Shown here: positions 47,401 to 56,400 of the stretch, one piece after another
How positions within the stretch are numbered: position 1 is the first letter of the stretch
Layout of the letters: every line of letters starts with the position of its first letter
DNA from: Hydrolagus colliei
Lineage: Eukaryota
NCBI GenBank assembly: GCA_035084275.1
Contig: CM068746.1
Location: 41,602,001 to 41,666,000 of the forward strand
Direction: 5' to 3'
Length of the DNA stretch: 64,000 bases
Position numbers and translations under genes: made by a program
The notes under the pieces: generated by a model
The model's input: only the letters and a program-made list of their open reading frames with translations
Told to the model about the DNA's origin: nothing
The model's database searches: none

Positions 47401-50400
47401 GTGATTCGCCCACAAATATATACAGTCAATTCACTTTACAGTATTTTCTGTGAAGCACTTTGGGACATCGATAAGATGTGAAAAGCACTATATCAAATGT
47501 AAGAATTATTATTATGATTATTATTATTAAATGTGCCTTGTCCATTCAGCCACTTTCTCTATCTCTGAATAAACTTACTGAATTTCAAAGGCGGTCAATC
47601 CACAAATCCCATTATTCAATTTCTACCATTCAATTCACGACTCCTTCCCTCGATAAGTTCATCTCAACCAATCAACACAGAAATCATAGTCAGAAATCAG
47701 AGCGTTTCTTCAGCTTAGCCATATATAACACCAACAAAATTACATTTGTAGAGCGCCTTTCACGTCGGAAAGACATCACAAGACGCTGAAGAAACGGCGA
47801 TCAGAGCTCGAGTGAGGGGTGGGGGCAGATTTTGGGATGAGGCTTGCTGATGCTTCCGGTGCCTGAGGTATGGGTTGCTGGCAGGAGCCAATCAGGAGGG
47901 CCTCGGTCTTGCTGGCATTCAGTTGTACAAAGTTGACTCTCATCCAGGACTTGATGTCAGCAATGATGTCACCAAGGGGGAGTGTATAGAGGAGATTGAA
48001 GAGGAGGGTACCAAGGACAGAGCCCCGAGGAACACCGTACATGACTGGGGGCTGGAAGAGAAACTGTTGGCAGTTATGTTGTTCAATTCTGTTCTCAAGC
48101 AGATACTTCCCAAATAATGTACTTTGAAGGAGATAATTGATACAGGATTGTCGTGGTTTCCACAGGATCAACAGCATTTGTTGAATGTTTGATACAGATA
48201 ACCAGAGCTCCAGGAAAATATTTCTTGTACACTCTGGTGATGCTTGAGCTTTTGAATGTTAAACCTATGGCCCCCAGTTCTGGTTGCATGTTCCAAGCCA
48301 AATAGCCTCCTGACATCTATCTAAGCCTTTCATCATTTGAAGGCCTGGATTGCGTTTCCTCTTTTTTTGTAGAGAGAGAAAAAAATGCAGCTTTTGAAAG
48401 TCTCTTAACATGATCAGCTTCTAAATCCCCGAGTTATCTTGGTTTCCCTCTTCTGAATTCGTTCCAATACTTTGATGTCCGACTGAAGTTCTAGACATGA
48501 TACACAGGGATCATTTTGGGGTATTGTGTGTAGATAAAGAGGCTTAATGGTGTTCAAAAATACATGGTTTTTGATTAGTATGAACGTAATAAGAGAAAAC
48601 AGTTCACAGAAGGGAATTGAAGCTGGTTAACTCAATTTTTTCAGGTTAATGCAGTGCTTTCCAATCTGTGGGGAGTGCCTCCCTTGGGGGAGGCAAGGGA
48701 GGCACTCCCCACAGATTGAACCGGGCAGGCAGTCAGGGAGAGACTTTACACTGAAAAGCAAGCTCACAAAACAAATCACACTAACAAATGCTAAGTTTAA
48801 ATTGTAAATGGAAGTACAGTAATTGGTTTCACAATTTTAATAATTTTTTTCATTTAATTAACATTTTTAACAATTTAATATTTTCGGTTAATACTTTAAA
48901 AGAAACCTGATTAAAAACAGGTCAAGCAAATATTGAATTGCTGTCATCATTTGCGAAAATTATTCAATGTGAAGGAGGGGGGGGTGGGCGCAACAAAACT
49001 TTGCTGAGTTAGTGGGGGTGCCGCTATTTGAAGTTTGGAAGCCACCGAGTTAATGGATTTTTCTTGATTGAAAATAATTGAACTTCATACTGAATTTGTA
49101 ATCATTCTCCACTAGTAGCAGAGATGTATTACCTTGTTTATCAAACCCATCACCAGTTCCCAAAAGAGTGCCATTCTGACACAATCCTGTGTACACAGAG
49201 AGGCTCACAATTATGTGTACTTTGAGCATAGTACAAAGTGTACTTGTATCAGAACATCTGTCCAGTGAGTTATCCAATTCAATTTACCAACAACATTTTT
49301 CGAAAAGAGAATTGGATAGTTGATTGAGAGGACTATTAAACTGTATGGGGGAACAAGCAGTAGAGTGGGATTAAACCAGTTGGAGAAAACCACAGCATAT
49401 TCTTGATGGGAGCCATAGACTGTTTCTATGCTTTAACATTCTGTGATTCTGAATTGCAAAATCATAATAGAGGTTTGAATGAAGAAGACCCTACTTGATT
49501 TAATTGAACAGAAAACCCATCCAACCTTTTATCCTACCATAATAATATAATAGTAATACAGTAAAAGCCCATTTATCTGGCACCCTTGGGACCTGGCCAA
49601 TGCTGGTTAAAGCTCCTGCCGGATATTCGGCCGAAAACGCAAAACAAGCAAACAAACAGAAAAAAAGATTGCAATGCACTTTTCCGGATAAATTCCGGTT
49701 AATCTTCTGTATGATGGGAAATCAGTGGAGTTGTGTGAGGATGGGGGTGATAGGGGTCACTGTCTTTAAATAGTAAAGCTTTCAAAGTAACGTATAAACT
49801 TGTGATTTGTCTGACTCATTTTTTGGAGTCGGCATTAAATTAGGAATGTGGGAAGAACCACCACCCAGCTTTCCAGAATTGTCCAAGATGTAAACAGTGT
49901 GCAACAAAAAAAGCTTGTAAGGATATGTTAAGGTTTTTTTCCCTGCTCCATCTGTGTCTCATTATGTTTCATGATGGAGTCTCATTTACACATCAGTAAT
50001 GACCAGTTGTCCAAGACACTGAAAGGCATCTGCAGCCAGTGGAGCCATGCCCAACAGGACTCCCCTTATGAAGGGAGGACAAAAAATGAGAAAGCAAGCA
50101 ACAACAACAACATTCAATTTCTATAGAGCCTTTCACATTGGAAGAACGTCCCAAAACACTAAAAGAGTAACAATTTAAGGGGCTGAAATGATAGATGGGA
50201 ATTGGAATAAAGGAGACTGTTCAACTCATTGATCCCCCAAGTTAAGTGTTCGGCTGTGTCCCCAAATCCAAATTCATTTTCTATTGCTGCACTATATCTG
50301 CAGAGTGTGTATTGAGCCCATAGACAAGGAAGGAGAAGCCTTCCATGTTGGATAAGTCCGGAAATTATACTTATATTTGATATTGAGCCTTTCACGTTAA

Positions 50401-53400
50401 ATTGAATCTCAAAGCACTTTGCAGGATTTTATCGTGACCTTGTTTGTCGGCTAACAAGGTAGACAATTTACATACAGCAGTGTCTCACAAATGGCCATGA
50501 GGTGAATGATTAATATTATATTGGGGAATGTTGACCAATGCACTGGGAGAAACTTTTCTCTTTTTGAACTGTGCCATGGTATTTTTAACATCCAGCTGAA
50601 CAGGTATATAAGATATAAATTTAACATCTTATCTGAAGGATGGCACCTTCAACAATGCAGCACACCCCAGCACTTTATTGGACCTTGGTTTAGACGATGA
50701 GTTCAGTCTCTTGATAGGTGGCTTCAAACTACAACTTAGGATTTGATATATACATAGTTTTTAAATGCCCATTTTGGATATAAGAGCTGCCAGATGAATT
50801 GATGGATGCTTACACCCCATGGTTTGGTGAATGCTGAAGAAAGTTTGGGCATGGGTTAGCAACAGCATAAAAATGTTGGAGACTCGCAATCAGTAACTGG
50901 TTTAAGGCATGAACATATCATTGGACATAAGTATGGACTTAGAATGGCATGGCAAGTAAATGGGTCAAGGAAGCCCTGGAGAAGATGTTCAATTTTGAAT
51001 TGGATTTTGCATGTGCTTTTATTGAATAACCCTCTGCACATTTTCATCAATGATTTGAACCTTGTCGGAAAAGGAGGCTTTGCCCCAGTTGGTCAAGCAC
51101 TCATAAAGAACAGTGACCAGAATAAAGTTGCAGTTGAATTGAGCGTCATTAGTGATGGGCAGGAGGGATCACGTTGGTTGAAAGAACACAGATGCGTTTC
51201 CAAATCTGGCCTCAGCTCTCTATATCTGTCCTGCTGTTTGGTTTAAAATGGAAATCTCTAATCTTGTGTTATTCTTGGACTCAGTGCAGAAGGGCATCTG
51301 CTGCCCTCAATGGGTTTGGCGCCATGTACTGTACTGTCCTGTGGTAAATTACAGCGTTGCTTTATTTTCCCGTTAATGGTTAACTTTTCCCTTTTGGACA
51401 CATGGATAATCACTTTCCTATGACTTTAGAATCAATGGGGCACAGACAGATACAGAATCTTTCAACGTATGTTTTTCTTGCTTTTAACATAATGTAAGAA
51501 AAGTAAACTTCACAAAATGTATAAACGGTATTCAATAACATATTAACAGTTCCATGTGCATTGTGGTCACCACCTACTCACAGCTAGCTCGCTCACTGAT
51601 TGTTTTACAATTATGGCAGGAAAGTGAGCTGTCTGCCTCTTCCCAGGTTACCTGGGGTCAGAGATGCTCTGCTGAAATTGTATGTGTGGCACTCCCATAC
51701 ATGGCCTGTAAGCTGGGAGTCTGGCCGGGTTCACTATCTGTGAAATGGGATCGGCGTCCATACAGATAGATGAACCTTCAATGTGTAAACCAGAGGTGAG
51801 AATGCTTCTGAATGAGCCAAGGGGGAAATGAGGATGCCAAGTGTTGTGCGTGGTTATCTGTTGGCAGCTTGTCTTTCCTGAACATTTGTGACTGCTACTG
51901 TTGCTTTGCAGTGGCTGTTTATGCCATAATATTGTCCCTGAAGTTTGGATGGCAGGCATTTGCTGTTGTCTTTCAATCAGATAAAATGTTAGTTGTGTTT
52001 GGTGTGTGTGCGTACAGTGCTGTCTGAAGCAATATTAATGTGAGGTATCATGTGCAGCGTGTTGTATTTCCCTCACATCTTCAATGTTCTTCTGATCTTA
52101 AACTTCCAGTAGAATGCCTCACTAGGGATAGGGTACTGGCAGCACTGTTCTGTGGCCACAGCCCAGCTCTGCGCTGAAGCTCTGGAAAGCCCCGGCACAA
52201 AAGCCTTGGGTTAGTACCTATTCACTTACTTAGTCTAAAAATAAGAGCTTCAAGTGCGTGACCCCAAAAAGTTAATCCCGCAGATTTACATTTATTTATG
52301 AATCCTCAGCAAAGATAAAACGGCCCTCACCGGTACTTCCTACACTGATCTGTTTTCTTTGCACAGTGAACTTTCTTCTCAATTTCAAGTATTTATTGTA
52401 AACTCCTGTACCTTATTAAATGGCGTTTGGACAGGATGTGCCGGTTAATCCCAGGAAGCTTCTTCACAACCTTCTGCCAGACTGTATTGTGCAGACTTCT
52501 GCTCATTGATGGTCTCTGTGCTCTGATCTAATTCAAGACTTGATACCATTTGAGTAAATTGTTCACTTTCTCCACACACCCAGCCAATAATACCCACAGC
52601 ACCTGGCACCACTCAGTTTATTTCTGCCCTTGATTGGGTAATAGCAGCATTTGGCTTGTGTGGGAGCTGGTGTTCCTGTGTCTTGTTAGGACAGGCTGGG
52701 AGTGATTTTAAATCATCAAATGCCCTGTGTTTCAACACTCAGCTAACCTTTGCAGTGTCAAAATGGCTACCCTTGAGTGCAAACTTCACTAGCCAGTTTC
52801 TGAAACCAAGTATTGTATATTTAAAAATTCTCGCTTGGGTTACAAAAGACGATAAATATAGTTGTACGGCTTTCCTGCTCCGTGCACCCTTCCACCCGTC
52901 TCCCCACATACCAATAGCTCAGTGGGTAAGTAATAGGTCGCAAGCTCAAGTTCTGGCATTTAATAATAATAATAATCCTTGAATTTGATATAGTGTGTTA
53001 TCACTTCGTTAAGATGGCTCAAATTGCTTCAAATAATATATTGTAAAGTGAATTTACTGTATATTTTGGGGGCAAAATGCGGTACTCAGTTGTGCACAAC
53101 AATGTCCCAGAAACAGACGTTGATTGAGTGACCAAATTTATTTTCAGAAGGATTAATACCCCTGGAAAATGATCCGCTAATTGACTTACAACTGGGTTCC
53201 TACTTACTGCTGGTTAAAGAGAAGAGTGTGGAGAAAGGAAACTGTTGTTAGGTTTCGCCACACCTGGGAATCGAACCTCGGACTTCTCGCTTGTGAAGCA
53301 ATCATGTTAACCACAGAGCCGTGGGACACCACCACGTAGGCTCACCTCAGCCTGTAAACTCAGCAAAAAACTGATGTCCAAAATGGCCAAAGGCCACATA

Positions 53401-56400
53401 TCGTCACCCACAATTCAACAGTGAGTGTTGGTAAAACTGCAGCGTATTGAGTACATACGTTGTTCAGCGTTGACCTCCCTCGGTGACGAGGAATCACCTG
53501 AATGGGGCAGTTGAGTGCCAGCAGTTTCCAGTGAAGCCAGGGTGGTGGTGGTGGTGGGAGGCTTATCATTCTCTTTACGAAGCTGTGCTTATACGTTCCC
53601 AGGGGTAGGTTTAATGAGAACGTGAGAACCGGAATCCACCACCAACACACTCAAGATGCCAGATTGCTTTCTTTTTAAAGTTGGGAAGTGAAGGTGTCCA
53701 TTTCAATCTTCTGAAAACATTTTTTTCACCCGTTTAAGTTACAAGAAATAACAGCTTTAACAGTCCTAATGTTTCTTTTTATTGGCCTGCGTAGATTACA
53801 TTTCAAAACATCAAAAATATTAAGTCCCCATCAAATCCTTTTTAATACAACCGAGCCACTTCACACAGTTTCCTATACATTTTTTATATTTCTTTGATTA
53901 CCGACTTTCTGTTGGTACTGGGAGGTTGAGTAGCTTTTTCTTCCCTACCCATATATCTTAAAAGTATTAAACAAAAGTTTCCCTAACGCGATACAGCGCA
54001 TGACACGTTGATCATATCATTTAACAATATTTTTTGGGGAAAAAAATTGTGAATGCTTCAAAGAGTTTTGTCTGCCAAACGTGGTGTCAGTACTCCTTTG
54101 TGTTTTGTTGTTGCAGGCAAACTTCATGTTGTAAACACAGCAACATCCCACAAACAGCAAAGAAGTAAAATGACCAATTTTTTTTAACTAGAGGTCTTCT
54201 TGGCCAGGGCAGTGGGACAAACTCCATTCTCTTTGTTCAATAGTAGTAAGGGACCTTTACCGTCCACCTTGAACAGGCAAATACAATCTCCGTGTTAACG
54301 TCTCATGTGAAGGAAGACACTACCAATAGTGCAACGCTTATAGCCACACCGCAGGGCTGTGTACGCCTGATCATGCACTCCCAAGTCTGCAGCTGAAGCT
54401 CTTAAAAGGATCGCAGCGCTCCCACACTGCCGTGTCAGCCAAGACACTATGATCTTATAGTCCTGACACGCGATTTGAACCTACAACCTTCTGACTCAAT
54501 GGTGAGATTACAGCTAACCAAGCCAAGCTGACACCTTTAGCACCCCACGACCACCCTGCAGATTGGGTTATCATTGAAAGGAAAGGAAGAAAGCTACTTG
54601 TGCTGGGTGAAAAAGGCTGCTGCCAAAAAAGATGAGTGCCAATCCTGAGAGGTCTTTTGGATGTTTTAAGAATCTGCAAAGAGAAGAGAAATAAAACGCC
54701 AATTAATGTTTGTTGGAAAGAATGAGATCATTCAGTGAACCTGAGTGACTGCTCAGACCAATGGGAAAATATCCACCAGCACCACAGAAAATGAATGATG
54801 AGGTTATAAAAGTCTGACTAACCAGCATTTTTAAAAAATTCAAACCCACAAAAAGCTGGCAGTAACTCAGTTGGCCAAATGTTCTCAGTGTATTTCAAAC
54901 CCTTGCGTTTCACCATTACTTTGGTCGAGTATTTCCAGGTGCGAGCATTATTAATGAGGTTCCCACACATGTACAAATGGTACCTGTTCCCTGAACTCAC
55001 GCTTCATGGTGTATGTTTTTCCTCAAATGGTCCCATCTGTTCATCTAGGCCTTCATCACATCATTGCTCCATTTTCTCCAACTCTCTGCTCATTGGACTC
55101 TTGGTGAGTCAACCCCATCATTGCTTGGGTCCACTTGTTCCCCACCCCAAAGCAGATCGAATTTGAGTTCCTCATTTAATTTGTACAGTAATCTGTTGTT
55201 GCAGTTAGTTTTCTGTGTGCGTGAAGTAATAATAATAATCATAATCTTTGAATTTGTTACAGCCTGATATCACGACTTTCAAATGTCTCAAAACGCTTCA
55301 CAGGATATACTGTAAAGTGAATTGATTGTGTATGTTTATGAGCAAATGTGAAAAGTAGTTTAGAAATGAAAAAAATATGATACCAAATACTTTTCTAAGT
55401 TCAGACCATGGAGGGATTTGAAAAAGAGGAACTGGAATTCGATTCACTTTGGGGTTGGGGAGTTGGGGAAAAAAATTTGTTTGATTGGACCCACAAATTG
55501 AGAATTTGTAGTTAACAGAGACTTAAACTTTGAAAGGGTAAAGCCCAACAATTACCAGAGGAAGGCAACATGTTCCACAATCCAAAGATCCAGGGAAGAA
55601 CGGAGTTAGAATCAGAACTTGGGCTGTTTCTATTTACCACTTTTTCCAATTAGAAAATAAACTCCAAATATTTTGTTTACGTAATGTAGCTGATTTATTA
55701 TTTTAATTATTATGAAAATGGGTGCAAGCCTCTCGGAGTGCCTGGTATTATTTTTAATGAGAGACCTTGGGTGGCTTCAGGCATTGGTGTAGCGCACCGC
55801 TAGAGTCTCAGTGAGCAGCAGTGGTTAGATCACTCCAAGCTTTAGTTTACAAAGGAAGGAAACACTGAGCAAGATTTACAACCATCTCATCGTCCAATTC
55901 ACCCACTGCCTCCCAATTTTTAAGTCGAAAGTCTTTACCGTCAATCTTGCCTCCTTAATTATTCTTGGGACGTCCTCCCAACGTGAAAGGCACTCTATAA
56001 ATGTAATTTTGTTGTTGTTGTTGCTTTTGATTCCAACCCCCACCCCGTTCAGCTCAAGTGATCACGTTTAGACATCCTCCACGGACTCGCCCACCCTACC
56101 TGTTACCTTCTTCAGCCCAGACACTTCCTTCTTTGTGTCCGCCGTCATATTCCAACCCATGATCGGATTCTGGGCTTTCAGACATTCTGCCCCCGCTCTC
56201 TGGAACTCCATCCTAGAGCCCCCACCGACTCACAAATTTTGACCTCATTTCCAGTTATCTTTCTCACCTCCCTTTGGCTTCCAACCCCCCATCTCAGGTG
56301 TCTCACCTCAGGTGTTAAGCATTTTGAGACATTCTCCTGACATCAGAAATGCTCTACTGGATCAATGTGTATTGCATTGCACAGTGCCATTCTGCCAGGC

